A DNA stretch of 64,000 bases from Sphagnum compactum (Eukaryota): positions 26,650,213 to 26,714,212 of the forward strand of contig OZ234493.1 of the NCBI GenBank assembly GCA_965153455.1, read 5' to 3'. Shown here one piece after another: positions 1-13,540 of this stretch. The stretch's first letter is position 1. Each line of letters begins with the position of its first letter. The notes under the pieces were generated by a model. The model had not been told where the DNA came from and did not search any database. It worked only from the letters and a program-made list of their open reading frames with translations. A program made the position numbers and the translations under genes.

Positions 1-1094
1 TAAGGGATTTATAAAACATCTTTGTGTTCCAGAGACAAAAACACAATGATCAAAGATATTAAAGCTCGAAATCTTAATCAAATCACCCATCATTGAACAC
101 TGAACCCCCTTACACCAAACACCCCACATCTTCTCGCATCCCTTATCGAATTGAGCAATTCTCATTGCATGGAAGCTCTAGACGAAGGGTTACAAATGTT
201 CTTTGAGCTTCAGAAGCAGAGAAACAATGTCTGAGGATTCGACTTCCTTTGCCTTCTTTAAGTGTTCATTCATTGGAGCATCTACATTAACTCACCCCTC
301 ATTATTCCCCTTCTCACTCCTCTAGGACGCCTAATTACTTCTTATGGCCAATCAAGCTTACTTTGTCATTAATTAGTCTAATGATTGATTTCAGGTTTTT
401 GGATAAGTTTTGACATGTATCTCTATTTTATTTTCAGTTAAAATTAAAATGACGAGTCGCCACTTTTTCTGTGCTCTTACACTCAGGGGAGCCACCTTGA
501 CATTTTTTGTGTTTTTAATCCTTTTATAAAATAAAAAAACACTGCCAGGGACGTTCCATAATACACGACAACAGTCAAAGGATGTGATAAAAACACATTT
601 TGTGGATGAACCTCAACTGAGTTAATATTTGGTTTCACCTTGGTAACCAATTCTGTAGGAAATAGGTCTCTCATATATATAAGTAGATAGGTTAGAAAAA
701 TAGGTAACTACTAGGTAAGTAGATGGTTTAAAGTTTAAACATATGTAAGGGCTTTTTTTACTACCTACCTACTAACAACCTGCTTTGTAGGGTTGTTAGT
801 TTACTTAAGTAGAAAAAGAAAGCAACTGAGGTAATAATCACCATGGTTAGCTAGGGAACTGGAACCCAACAGAAAACTGTTTCCTGACCACTTTCCATTC
901 ATCCTTCATGGGGCGCTGGTGGGTGCTGGTTCACTGTGGCCACTTACAGCCACTGGTGCTTTCCATTGACAAGTCCCGTTTGTCCTTTCGCTCTGTGTCT
1001 GGTGAAGGTGTATTGGAGGAGTACGCTCACTGCAGTGCAGTGAATGAGTGTCCCCGGTCCCCGCCACTCGTGGATGCAGCGACGACGGTGGGCG

Positions 1095-4000
1095 ATGAGG
1101 AGGGGCGGAGGAGCATGGCAATCACCGCCCTCCATGGTGCTGCGTCTTCTGTTTCCAGTGCTTTTTTCGGTGTTGCTCACCTCGCTCGAGGGTGGGAACG
1201 CCGCTCGCTGGGGCAGCGGATCTGCCGTAGACGACGGTGCCCTCACGTCGGGAGACTTAGTTCCCGCTCTCAACGCCGAGACTTTCAATTCCAGCTTGTT
1301 GGCAGCGCCTGCGAACTGGGCTCTTGTGGAATTCTACGCCAACTGGTCAGTGTGCATCTCTGTAGTTCTCTTCTACTTATGAATGTCTCTGTATGTCATC
1401 GAATATCCTGTTGTTTTCTGCCTTTGTGGGCCTGTGTCTGTTTGTGTATCGAGAGGGTTGCTTTGTCGTTTATAACATTTTAAATCGGGAATCCTGCGTG
1501 TGACCAAGCAGATCTCATACCTAGTCTCAGCTTGTTGACAGTCCCCGGCTAGTTACCATCCAATTTCAACTTTGCCTAGAAAATTAGGGTTTCCAACATG
1601 TAGGAGATTTTGAAAATCCGTCTTGTTGGAAACAGTAGGTTCCTCTGTCTCATCGAGTGTGTTATTGACGTTCTTGAGATTCTGCTCTAGCTGGGAATCA
1701 AATGCAGAATATAAAGGTGAGTTGGCCTGCACCACCCGTGGATGTGGATAATACATAGGATCCATCCAGATCTGCCACCTAGAGACCATGAGAAATGGTG
1801 ATTCTTGAGAAATCAGTGGCTCCAACATTTTCATGTTTGTGGAATTCATTCTTTGGGAGCAATATCTTTTTCCCATTCGGATATTGCAATCACAAATTTC
1901 CTTAGCTGGGATTTGTGTCGGAAATTGTAATATTGATGACTGTTTCAACCAGCTACATTTCTTGACTGAGTATTCCAATTGCTTCCAGAAATGTGACAGA
2001 AACTTGTAACAAAGATTTCTGTATCATTGCTTATGTGAAATCTCGAGCAGATTATTGTATACTTATCTACACCCACTGTCAGGAGCTGATGAAGTTAATG
2101 TGGAGTAGTGGCTGCTAATCAATGCCCATTCATGATGAAGGTGATGGTCTGGTACTTTGTGAGCAACACAAAGTCATGACTGCACTCATTCTTATTGGGT
2201 TGGATTTGGTTTTCTGGAACTGACACAGAGTTTTATTGTGGATTTTCTCTGCAATCTCATAGATATGTGCCTGATGCACCAATCTCTGTCAAATCAACAC
2301 AGAGATGTTCACATCCCTGTAGACAGTATTCTAGATGATTTTTTGTATGAAAAGAGTTTTCCCTGAGAGGTCACCTAGTGAGAGATTTTCTAAGTCCTTG
2401 GAATATGCTGTGTGGACCGGCTGCATGCTAATAGTTTTAACAGGTTGTGCAAACTTGTTGGAAGGGTACAGGTGCCCTGCTTGCAAAAAATATAAGGTGA
2501 GCCAACAATATCAAGCCTTCTTGAGAGATTCTCAATGGCAGATATAGGAGGATATGGGAAAGTTCACACTCCCAGTGGATATTTTGCATTGGTGATGAAT
2601 ATCCGTGGATGTATTGCAGCCACATTTTGAGCGTGTTGCAAGACTTTTCACTGGGCCGAATCGTGTCCATGAGGGTGTGGTGTATTTTGCCAAGGTGGAC
2701 TGTGCTGACCAGGTAATTGCTCCACCATGTGTCCACTGTTCAAAGAAAACATTTCATCAAGCTGATTGATGATGCTGTTGCAACATTGAGCTTTTGGGGC
2801 TTAAACTTGATGATGTTGTTGGGAGTGGAAGGACAAGCATACATCTTCATTGTGACATACCATATTGTGTCTGCATGCAAATATATCAGAGTCCAGATTG
2901 GTCTTGAAAGAAAAAGATTCCAGGACCAAATTATCAACATAAGTTGGGTGAGAAGGAAGATGGCAAAAAGACACTGAATCAAGTGTGTGTGTGGGGTGGC
3001 ATGCCAGGCGAGTCAAATACTTTGTGAAAGGTTCTCTATCAGATACTACCCGTCTTTATTATGGGCCCTTCCTCCAGTTCTTGCAATCGGTAGCCGTTCT
3101 GCCAAAATACAGAGTCCTCTGGAAGAGATTACAAATGCACAGACAGCAGAGGCTCTACTGGAGCAGATCAATAAGCGCATTGGCAAGTGTGTACCTACAC
3201 CTTAAATATCCAGACGTTGAGTTATCCCGTTCCCCATCTTTGGATCACCAGTTCCATTTCCAAGATGTCTGTATAGTCCTGGTGATTTTGTGCTTCTTGA
3301 TTCTGCTGCTGTCTGCATTTTTATTTTTATAGCCTCCCAGTTGACATTCCTAGTTACTAGTGTTTTCCTTCTGGTAACTTGGAAAATCTGCTTAGTTGTA
3401 TTGTGATAGGCCTGTGGAACAACACCAGCTTGAGAGAAGATAATGCAAAAGCTTGATGGAGGCCTGACCATCTAGTTTGAATTTGTCCCTGATTTAGATC
3501 CTTCTCCTTGAGTGATGCAACAACAGAGGATGGAAAGGCATCTGGAAGAAATACTTCTGAGCCTTTGCAGGTTTATTTCTCTGGTCAATTCCATGCTTCT
3601 GTTGGAAATTCAGTCGCTTTGCAGTCTGTTTTGTGTTTGATGGCCTCTTTTCTGCTGTAAGCTGTAGTGCAAAACTGATATCATTTGCATCTGTGTTGTT
3701 TGGTAGAGAAGATGCCTGCCTCACTTCATGATGTAGAAGAAGCCACAGCCCAAGCATTCAAAATCATTGTGGATGAGAAGGTTAGTGTCTTTTGCAAACT
3801 ATTTGTATTATGCCACCAAATTGTTTTCTTAATTCTCAATTTCAAATTTTTTTTTGCTCACCTGTACTGTGGTTTCTGGCTGCTGCTCACAAGTTGATTT
3901 CGGTGCAGATGCTGGTTTCAGATAATCGGGGTTCATTTATTCAATTTTTGATGCTTCTGGTGGTCCATCATCCCTCTGAGAGGTTGGTATGCTTTTAACC

Positions 4001-6107
4001 TGCAACATTTCTTCCAGTTGGTGCTCACAGCTTTTGCTCCCGGTTCAGAGACTGAATGTGCTGTGTTCTGAAGAGAGCAGGTGTAGGAAGGGGAGTGCTA
4101 ATTTATTGGTGAACCTGGCAGAGCTGTGGCCAGCTGGTCAGGTCCCCACAGCAGGCTTTCTTGATCATCCCTTATGTGGATCTGGTCTGCCTCGGAACTT
4201 TTGGGTTTGTTTCTCTATCCATCTCAGCCTGCTCCTCATCATTGTACTACCCAACCTGGGTAAAAGTAGGAGAGGAGTGTAGCCAAGGAACTTATTGCTA
4301 AGCTTCTGATTTTTTGCAAAGGCTCCTTTTGTAGTTAGAGTTTGTTGTTCAGTCTTTGCTATTGTAGCAGTACGCTCATCATCAGATTTGGTCATAATTG
4401 CATGCTGAGGGCTCTTTGAATACCTGAAACCTCAGTTTTGTCTAGCCTTGTGTCAAGGGACTATTGTTTTCCAATATTACATGTGGAGTTGCATCTAGTA
4501 TCCAGTTAATATGACTGATACAGCAGTTACAATGCTTAATGGCATGAACTGTTTTGGAAGTAGGGTGTTCCTGAATTGCAGAGATTCTAGGGAATGTATT
4601 GGACCAGGCAGGGGATGGTCTAGGTGTGAGACCAGTTGCTGACTTGAAAACCTGATCTGTGCAGGTCTCATGCCGTGGTGAAAGGCGAGGTTATAGGTAT
4701 ATTGATGATGGTGTCCTTTCACTGTGTTCAGCTATGTAGATTGATATATTCTTTCTGGGCTTGTTTGAGCATCAGTGAAGTCCAAAGAAAAAAAACAGAT
4801 CTGGAGAAGCTTCTTTGGAATTGTCCATCTGTATCTCCAGATTGCAGCAAGAGAACAGGAATGCAACATCCTCCATTGTCCCATGGTTCTTAAGAAAATT
4901 GTGTGCCCTGCAGCTGTGGGTTGTGGCTGCTATTTCACTCCCTATCAGTGCGTGTAGCTGATTCAGAAAGCACTGCTGCATTCTCAGCAATTCACTCATT
5001 TGTGGAGCACTTTTTCAACTGTCAAGAGTGTCGACAGCACTTTCTGGAGATGATCTCAAGGTAGGTTCTATATGTTTCCAGACTAGGGTGTATTCTTCAG
5101 TTATGCAATTTAACTAGCAAGTCAGTTGACCTGGCACATACAGGGCACACCATCTTTGCATCTTGTATGGTGGTCAGTAGCTTGCTTCAGATTTATATTG
5201 TCTTATTGGTGAGAAGCCTTTATAGGTGTGCAATTCAATGAACTATTTTCCTCATCTTTGTCTGCTGTGGACTTCTGCTGCTTTGTCAAAGAAAACCGGA
5301 TGTAATAGCATCACAGGAGGATCTGGTGTTGTGGCTCTGGCATGCTCATAATGAGGTATGTTCTTACTTGTGAGCTTGGATCTGTAGTTACAGCCAGCAG
5401 AGACTGCCATAAAAAACATGTAGTCTATGTGGCCTTGGTTTTCTCTTGTTCATGTGGCATTATGACCTGATATGACTATGATGATACCTGGATGATATTC
5501 TCACAACTTACAATCTGGGTCCTGGAATTAACTCAATAATTTTCAGAGTGTCGTCCCTTCTTTCTGTCTGGGTGATACGTTGTATGCAAGAGCATTATGT
5601 CTGATCCCATGAACAATGCTTGGGGTAGCTAGTATCTAGGTCTATTCTGCTGATTTCTCATTGTGACCTTGCTCAGTTTGCTGATAAATCTTATGTTGGA
5701 ACCAGGTAAATATGCGTCTTGCAAAGGAAGAAGAAGTCTCCAAGACATGGAATCCCAACTACCCAAAAGTGGTGTGGCCAACTAGACAGCAATGTAGTGA
5801 GTGTAGGGTTGTGGCTTCTGTTGACAAGGAGGCAAGCAGTACTGAGGAGCCAGAGTGGGCAGTTAAGGCCGTCTATAAGTTTCTGAAAGATTGGTATGGG
5901 GCATCACTGCTTACTTTCCCAGACACCATGCACGAGGATGTGGAATCTGAGGGTCAGATAGCAGTGAGCAGAGGGGGTGATGAGAGTGGCCGGAATGGGA
6001 GCTCAGCAGTGCGTAACATTGCAGCTGTTGCAATCCTCTTGGCCAGCTGTGGCTTTGGGCTTGTTGCACTCTGGTGGCGCATGCAGCAGAAAAAGCGCAA
6101 GTATTAA
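1095..6107 (+). CDS. QSOX: Quiescin-sulfhydryl oxidase (thioredoxin + ERV/ALR domains, N-terminal signal, C-terminal TM), 12 exons, about 510 aa
   Basis: Manually spliced exons, all GT-AG and frame-consistent: 1095-1345, 2472-2496, 2620-2712, 3008-3186, 3498-3570, 3712-3780, 3909-3982, 4081-4204, 4665-4696, 4914-5060, 5292-5355, 5706-6107. Motifs: Trx active site VEFYANW|CPACK, FAKVDCA, ERV region GYSCGLWLLFHSL...FFNCQECRQHF, LWLWHAHNEVN, WPTRQQCSEC, TM IAAVAILLASCGFGLVALWW followed by a basic tail. The start could instead be the ATG at 1134. Confidence 0.95.
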
Positions 6108-6360
6108 GCAATCCTTTTGACTCCCTTCTTTTGACCAAAATAATTTGCCAGGTTTCTCTGCCCATGCACTTCTTGAGAAGGTTGTCGTGGTATTATCACC
6201 TGTCTGCAGATGGTTGGTGCCCTGCTGGGCAAGCATATCAAGTACATGTTTCAGATCTGCTAGATAGGTGATTTTCATATGTACGCATTACTAATTAGAA
6301 AAATGAGTTTGCAAGCCCTGGCAGGGCTGCTTACAGTTCATACTGCTATGCATATGGCAG

Positions 6361-6382
6361 GCGAAGGCGGAGGCGAATATGA
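6361..6382 (+). CDS. QSOX: Probable alternative terminal coding exon of QSOX (...KKRK-RRRRRI*)
   Basis: Donor AA|gtatta at 6100/6101 and acceptor tggcag| at 6360 join in frame to give AAG CGA AGG CGG AGG CGA ATA TGA. Confidence 0.6.
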
Positions 6383-8618
6383 AGCATAATGGAGATATTG
6401 ATGATATTAAACATCACATTTCAGATTGTCGAGTCAGCTAATGGAGATACTGATGATTTGTTAACTTCAAATTTGAGATTTTCCAAGTTTGCTGGCCACT
6501 GAACATACTATATCACAACACACAACACACAACACAATATTCAGTAGATGGGTTTGAAAGAATGGGCTATGCAATCACTTAGTTCAAGGGGAAAAACTCC
6601 TCTTGAACCAAACTGGTAACTGCCTGTGAAATGATAGCTCAATGAACTTAATTGTAGAGAGTTTTGAATAAACAATCAAAGCTGCATTGGAAGTACAGCC
6701 TATACTGTATCTGCAAGAAGTGGCTATTTGTATGTCATTGGAGCTGTTATGGCATTGAAATAAGTAATTTGTACACCATTAAGCTGACTGCAAGATCACA
6801 AGAAACCTGTTTCTACTTATTGGTCAAACCTTTGGTAGGATGTAACTATATTGTAGAAAATTTCTGTGCTTGCAGATGCTTCCTTTGGTCCATGTTATTT
6901 TAACCATTCAATGTGTGATTGCTACTGCTCAGAAGCCTGGTGATACTGTGGTACTGGCATGATGGATTGGTGTATTCACTGCTTCCCTGTAATATTTTTA
7001 ACTGTGAAACTTTCTATCCATTGCTCTTCCTCAACACCCTTGTGCAGGTACCTTCTGAGGAGTTTTTGCAATCATTTCTCCACCAGAATAAGACCACCAA
7101 AATTATGCATTTGCTTGATAGAACAATATCACATCATTGTAACAATACAGCATCAGGAAATTACAAATTACCATCTAAAGAAAAAAGTGCTGAATAACCC
7201 CTACCCTTACTAACTGTATTGGGCACATGAGTTCTTAAACGGCATCTTAAAAGTCCTGAGTAGTTCCAACTTTAGTCAATTGCCTTCACAAAATTTTGGG
7301 ATTTGTTCTAATGGATGAGAAGACACAGACATCTTCATGAGCATTAACAACAACAAAATGTTGTGATATTCACACCAACCTGACTAGAATTGACAGATGA
7401 ACCTATAATGAGGCATTAGAGTTTTCATATCTAACCACACATCAAAGAACAGGAAACAATGGAATTAATGAGTGCATATAAGATAAACAGCTGAACTACT
7501 TCAAAGTTGTCTATCAGGAAATCTTAGCAAAGAAGATGAACCTAAAGCTTCTGCCACCTTGAATCTACCTAGTGACTTATGGACCTTAGCTCATCCTTTT
7601 AACAAAAAACAAAATTGAAGTTAAGACTTTTCTCTGAACCAACAAGAATTTTGCAACAACTGGACTTATGTTATACCCACAACTTTAGTTGCCTTCAGAA
7701 TCATATTTGACCAACCACAAATGCAAACAACTTCCAATTTACTTTTCAAGGGAAGTCTTGCTTGAACCATAGCAGAAAGGAGTATGTCGTGCAATAGAGC
7801 AGTCACATCTTTAGCCTGCACTGTAGGTAGGATGTCCAACATTGCTGTAAACTTCTTGGATTACTAAGGACACACTAGATGGAAGATTCTGAACAGGAAA
7901 GACAGCTTCAAGCTTTGGATTAAAAAACACCAGTCCCATTTTGCAAAATCATGCTCAGACCTCAGCTCAGTTGACAGCAGATCCATTTAGCTTAGATGCA
8001 ATTGGAGTGCCAGAGGCATCCAAGGAGCATAGAATGAATCTGGTTGTGTAATGAGCACAAACTGCAATGGTCACCTGGTGGCAAAAGCACAGTAGTGCGG
8101 ACAGCACGCATCCCACATTCAAAATGATAGCAACCTGAGCCACTTAACCTCACAAACTTAGCTCTCACATGCAAAAACATTACCAAAAAATGAGCACACT
8201 AGATCAACACTATCTTAACAACACTTGCAGAGGTTCACATGACTGTCTCCAACCAGAATGTTGCCTTCTGTAGCCATGCCAAACAGAGAACAGATCTGCT
8301 TCTTCAGAATTGAGATGAAGCCTACAGCAGCAGACGTGTCCAAGAATTTGGGGTCCATAAAAAATTCAGCTATAACCCAAACCACAGCTATGTGAGGTGA
8401 TCAAGTCAATCAGCATGGAGAGCTGTGGCAAACCCCCGTCTATATCACTAAGCACAAGCAATGACCTAAGCCAAGAAATGGATACCCCACCAGTACTTGC
8501 CATGTACTCTATCCTTTGTGTTGACAACGAAATGTGCTAATCTCATCTCACATATCCAGGTGGTGATCCAGAACAGGAAAGGAGAGGTGGTCACATTTGA
8601 AAGGCAAGAGAGTACCAG

Positions 8619-11600
8619 CTACTCGCCCACTGTCATTCCAAATCCAAACTTGTAGTCCTTCTTCCAGTGATCAATCTGTCAGCATGAAACACTACCCTTT
8701 TAGTATGTGTATAATGGACACAGGCCAAGACAGCATAACTAAGGCCTCTTCCCTGTGCATCAGCGCCAAGGCCCTAATACCCCTCAGTAAAATGAAAGCA
8801 TCAAAAGAGATACAATGCATTCAAGCTCAAAACAGTAGTTGAAAGACTCTCTACTTGACTTTTCATGTATTGCACCCAGAACCTTTGCAACTAAATGAAC
8901 AGGTCATCCTGTCAAAGAACATAAAGAACAGCTGGCCTACAACACTTGCACCAGGTTTAAGCACTAAAACTGGAGCTGCTTGCATTACCACTGAGTAGGT
9001 CCTTCACACGCACTCACACAGACCAGAATCAATAGGTACAGTCCATGACAGCAGTCTGGTTCTGCTTCACTCTCTCCATCAGTAAGTGAATTCTATGGTG
9101 GCTTTAATATACTATGCCACTGATGCACTTTAGCAACAAGGAATTTATGTACATAATACTTCTTACAAACCAGGTACCTACTCTGGCAGAAGTGGAAGGG
9201 TTTAGAGTTTAAGGTTTCAGATGTGCACGTAGACTTGAAAAGGTACCTCTGCAGACAGCAAGAAGTTGACACCAAGGTTGAGCCTCTCTTCAAGAAAAGC
9301 TGCCACGCAACCATTTGTATCCAGCCTACCTCTCAAACGGCACTGCACAGAAACATAACAAATAACATGCTTAACTCAACAGGGAACAGGAGCTTTGTAT
9401 GTTGCCAGTGAAAGATTTAGGCTTTGCTAAGAGTAGTGATATCTCATGTAAGGTCCATCACCTGTTCACAGAACTTTGAAGTAGCATATGCACATGACCA
9501 GGCATGAGCCTATCTAACAGAGACTTTCTTTCAGGACCATAGGACCCCTTATTTGGGTAGTGCAAGCTTCCATGAGTAAGCTTCTTCAAAACAGGCACTC
9601 ACTCTAGTAAGTTCTACTTTGTAAGCAGGCCATTGAAAGTTCATCAAGTTAATGTAAGACCAACACATACATCCAACTAATGCTTCAAACGATGTAACAG
9701 TTATGAAGCCGTAACTTCATCCTAGACAGTCTACCTGGCGGAGAAGGTAGTCATAACCAACAGTTGTAGTTGTCTCCTTGGTGTTCCAATTGTATAGGAA
9801 GTCTGATGCCAATGACACCTGATACAAATGACATCAATTCCATCTTAAATCATGGAGCTCAAAAGAGCAACACAGCACCAAAAAGTAAGCAATCAAACCA
9901 CCCATGTCCTTTTCTTCCCTGTGCTTATAGCAAAACTCATAGAACCACAGAACTGTTTGTATACTGATATAAAAGGCTGGGAGTGCTCAATCTCATTTTC
10001 AGCAAGACTCATCTGCAGTCTAAAAGCTATGGCTGAAAATCAAGGACTGAGAGATATGGAGAAGTTACCTTGTCTGATACCTTTTGCACATAGGTGAGAG
10101 ACAAAATGCCAGTGCTCGCAATTTGTGCTGTAGCTATCTGCATACATACTCCAACTCAGAGTGCAAAGAAAAGGACTGGACCAGAGCAGGTTGGCAGCAG
10201 TCAGAAATGGAGACCAACTTTATCTCTCTTGTGTAGACTGATCTATTTTTCTATAACCATTGACCCAAGGATGCACAGAAAAAAGTACTGCAGCAAGGGT
10301 GGGAACAATCAAAGATTTGGACTAGTTGCAGGGTTGGAAAGAGGCATAATATCTGCACCGCTTTATCTGTGTTGTACCGGCCAGCAAAACCAATGCCTGA
10401 CTTCCGCTGCTGACCCAACCAAAATACTTCACCTCCCAAAGCCAGTGTTGGTGTTACACTCTGTTCTGCCAACCACTTTCTCATTGTTACTGAACCCAGT
10501 GGCATACCTATTCCTGAAAAAATTAGCCTCCACATTATAAGATCAATTCACAAACAAGATAGGTCAACCTCAGAGTTGCCTGCCTTGTGCTAGTGTCACA
10601 AAATGTATGAGTAATAACTACTCTAAGCTCCTCTGACAACCACCAAACCATGGTGTTAAACATTGTCTGTTGAAGCTTTTGTGCCATACACAAACATAAT
10701 CCACCTGGCTGTCACAACAACCAAGGGGGGAATTAGTGGGAGTTTGTTGACTAAGAACCTGAATGTAATTGAACCCATAGAAAGCATTATTCCCCAATTG
10801 CAACTGGGCCTGATAATCACCCCCCTGTCCCAGATTCGGATCAAGACATCCAATACCCCAAAGTTAGCAATTCCACATGAAACAATACATTAACTTGAAG
10901 CTCCTTTCCCTGACAGTCACTCCAGATAGTCAATTGAGTATAACTTACCCTACTGCATGTTTCTATAGCAGGTAATCAAGCTAAAAGGATCAGAAACACC
11001 AGCTTGTGGCTGATGAGACACCCAAATAGCACCAAGCAAGACAGAGATAACAGATCAAAATCACCTACCCTGTAATCAAAATGGAACATCCCTTGTGAAA
11101 AGTGTGGCTCATTTGTAATCTGTTTCCCCCAATACCACCACCTGAACCATAAGTCTTGTAAGAAAGACACTGATTTATTGTCATGAGTTATCAGAACTTC
11201 ATCCTCAGAACATGGGAATGACTTTGGATAAAACATTTGAGGTGTACTTGGATGTTTAGCCAAATGGGTATTGTAGACTTACTTGAGCATTCACTTTGAT
11301 GGAGAAGCGATCGGTGACATCATATTTGACCCGGGCACTCATACGGCCATCCGTCAAAATACGCCCAATGAGCATAGTCATCTGCACATCCATCTCATGA
11401 TCTTAACACCATCTGTAAAAACACAAACACATCGCTGACCTGAACTGGGGAGATTCAAAGAAAAGTAAAAATGCAACAGTGTAAATGTCACCATGGGCCC
11501 TGCCTCAAGTATATAGGCATAATCACAACAAATAGAAGCTACAAAGAAACATTTTAAAACCCACCAAACTCTTTGCCTACTTCCATTGCCAACCATATAC

Positions 11601-13540
11601 TTGTCCTACCAAAGAACGCTATAGGTTGAATTCAACCACATCAACGAACAGCACTTGTGAACCAAGGGAAAAAGATGTGAAATAGATATCCAATACACAA
11701 GATGATGAGAATACAAGATGAGAAAGAGAGTTGAGCAAATAAACAACAAACCCGTTGGTCTATAAGGTTTGCTCCAAACTCATAATGTGCAGCTGGAACC
11801 TTGATGATTTGGGCTCCCTGAGACGGCACCTCCACAGAACCCATGAACAAACTGCACAGATACAACATTGGTGCATCAAGCAATATGGTTTTTCATACCC
11901 CTCTTGCACACATGCTCAGTCCAAATAACTAGGAATGCTTCACTAAGGCCACAGTTTGTTGAGTGCTAAAGCTCATGATCAACACTGTACAGATTTCATC
12001 AGTGAGAACACGTTCACAAGCAACCTAACCATTGAAACACAATAGAACTAGCTTACAAAAAGGGTGGAGCAGAAATGACAATCCAACCATCACAACATAA
12101 TGTACCAACATGCCAGCAAGTAACCAATCTCCAATTGTTGCAGAAGAGACCTCCATCAAAGAATAAACAAGGTGAGAAATAAATAATTGGACTAGAGAAC
12201 CTCCACACCTGTGGCTCAATGAAAACCTTTGATTGAGAGGCTTGGTGAAGTCAAATCGCAGGCCTTCAAAAAGTTCAGGTTTCAGAGACACTGTCCACAT
12301 CACACATGAATTGTCAGCCCTTCTATATGTGTCTACACCATCCTCCCACTCCAAATGACAGAGGTCCTTTCCAATAACCGAGCAACATTCACTGAAGAAC
12401 AACACTAACACATGTTACTGGTCCATGCACAAAACAGCCTGCAAAACAATTAGTCCTACTTCGACATCCTAAACCCTAATAAACTCTACTCTTGATTGGC
12501 TACAGATCCAGTGTAGTCTGTATTGCATATGACACTACAATATAACGAAAAACATGTTCGAAGTCCAGACCGGATCTGTTCTTAAACTAGAGGTTTGAGA
12601 AGCACATCCAAGGATTCTACTTTACCATCATCTGCTGGCTCACAAATGACTTTATCCTTAAACCCTAAAGGGAATATAACCAGATTTCAAGGCTAGAATG
12701 TGAAGGTCACAGGAATGTACCCTGCTTTGAAATGAAGTTACAGAAATGGGAATGCAGAAAATCCTCACACTACACGCAAAACATCTGTGTTCCTTCAATG
12801 ACAGTCTCTTGGGCTCAAACTGAACTCTCTGAGGGTTTAAGAGGGGATTTATCAAATTGATGGCAGTCCTGCAAGATCCTTTTTGGAATCTTGTTGCCGG
12901 AGCTAGAGTTTGCAATATTCCTAACAATGTCATGTGGAATCCAGGACACATTGACAACTCAAGACACGAATTTTACTGAACTAATTTAGCACAAATCAAC
13001 ACCAAATAGAGTGAAAAGTTTCATCTCACTACACACATACCCAAAGACATACACATGAACCTACACGTTCACAAAACTTGGATTCAATTTCCCGCGATAC
13101 CTGGGGGTGCATACAAAGTTTGTAGGGCACATGCAGATGAACATTCACTCTCTGAAAGAAAATGATTAAAGGATGTGGAAGCTTTGCTCTCTTCAGTTAT
13201 ACCAAATCTTTGACTCCAAACCCAAATTTTTCGTGCTACAGGTACGATCAAGGAGACGAAAGGAAAACACTTTCACTTCCAAACATCTTCGCTTCATCAC
13301 TATAAGCTTCTCTTTCCATCAAATCATGCCAACTCCCTGGCATGGCACTAGGGAGAGGCAGGGGATAAGAATAAGACCACGGATCTTACTGATATTTTCG
13401 CGTTGAATCTCCTCATACTTCACGGGACAAGGCAAATTAAGCCAGTCCACAGAGTCCACATCCTTGCTGTGCTTCTCCTCCTTCCCGTCTGTCTGCGAGG
13501 GCTTCACCGCAGCAGCAGCGTAGCTCACCGCTCCCCCCAT
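8619..13540 (-). CDS. TOM40: Mitochondrial outer-membrane import channel TOM40 (eukaryotic porin family), 11 exons, 318 aa
   Basis: Exons on minus: 13540-13390, 12290-12209, 11851-11752, 11381-11283, 11119-11069, 10824-10759, 10460-10359, 10137-10069, 9818-9735, 9342-9247, 8675-8619; total 957 nt, in frame. Translation contains plant TOM40 hallmarks [73 protein letters not shown] and the C-terminal beta-signal [13 protein letters not shown]. Confidence 0.97.

Noticed and set aside
908-1483. 191-aa plus-strand ORF and antisense ORFs over QSOX exon 1
   Set aside because: Alternative frames of a GC-rich exon and UTR. The frame with the signal peptide and VEFYANW is the one that splices to CPAC.
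2131-2224. Possible intronic C/D snoRNA (ATGATGA ... CTGA) in QSOX intron 1
   Set aside because: No terminal stem and no recognisable rRNA/snRNA antisense element; the boxes are expected by chance.
10094-10540. 148-aa plus-strand ORF
   Set aside because: Antisense to TOM40 exons 7-8 with no recognisable motif.
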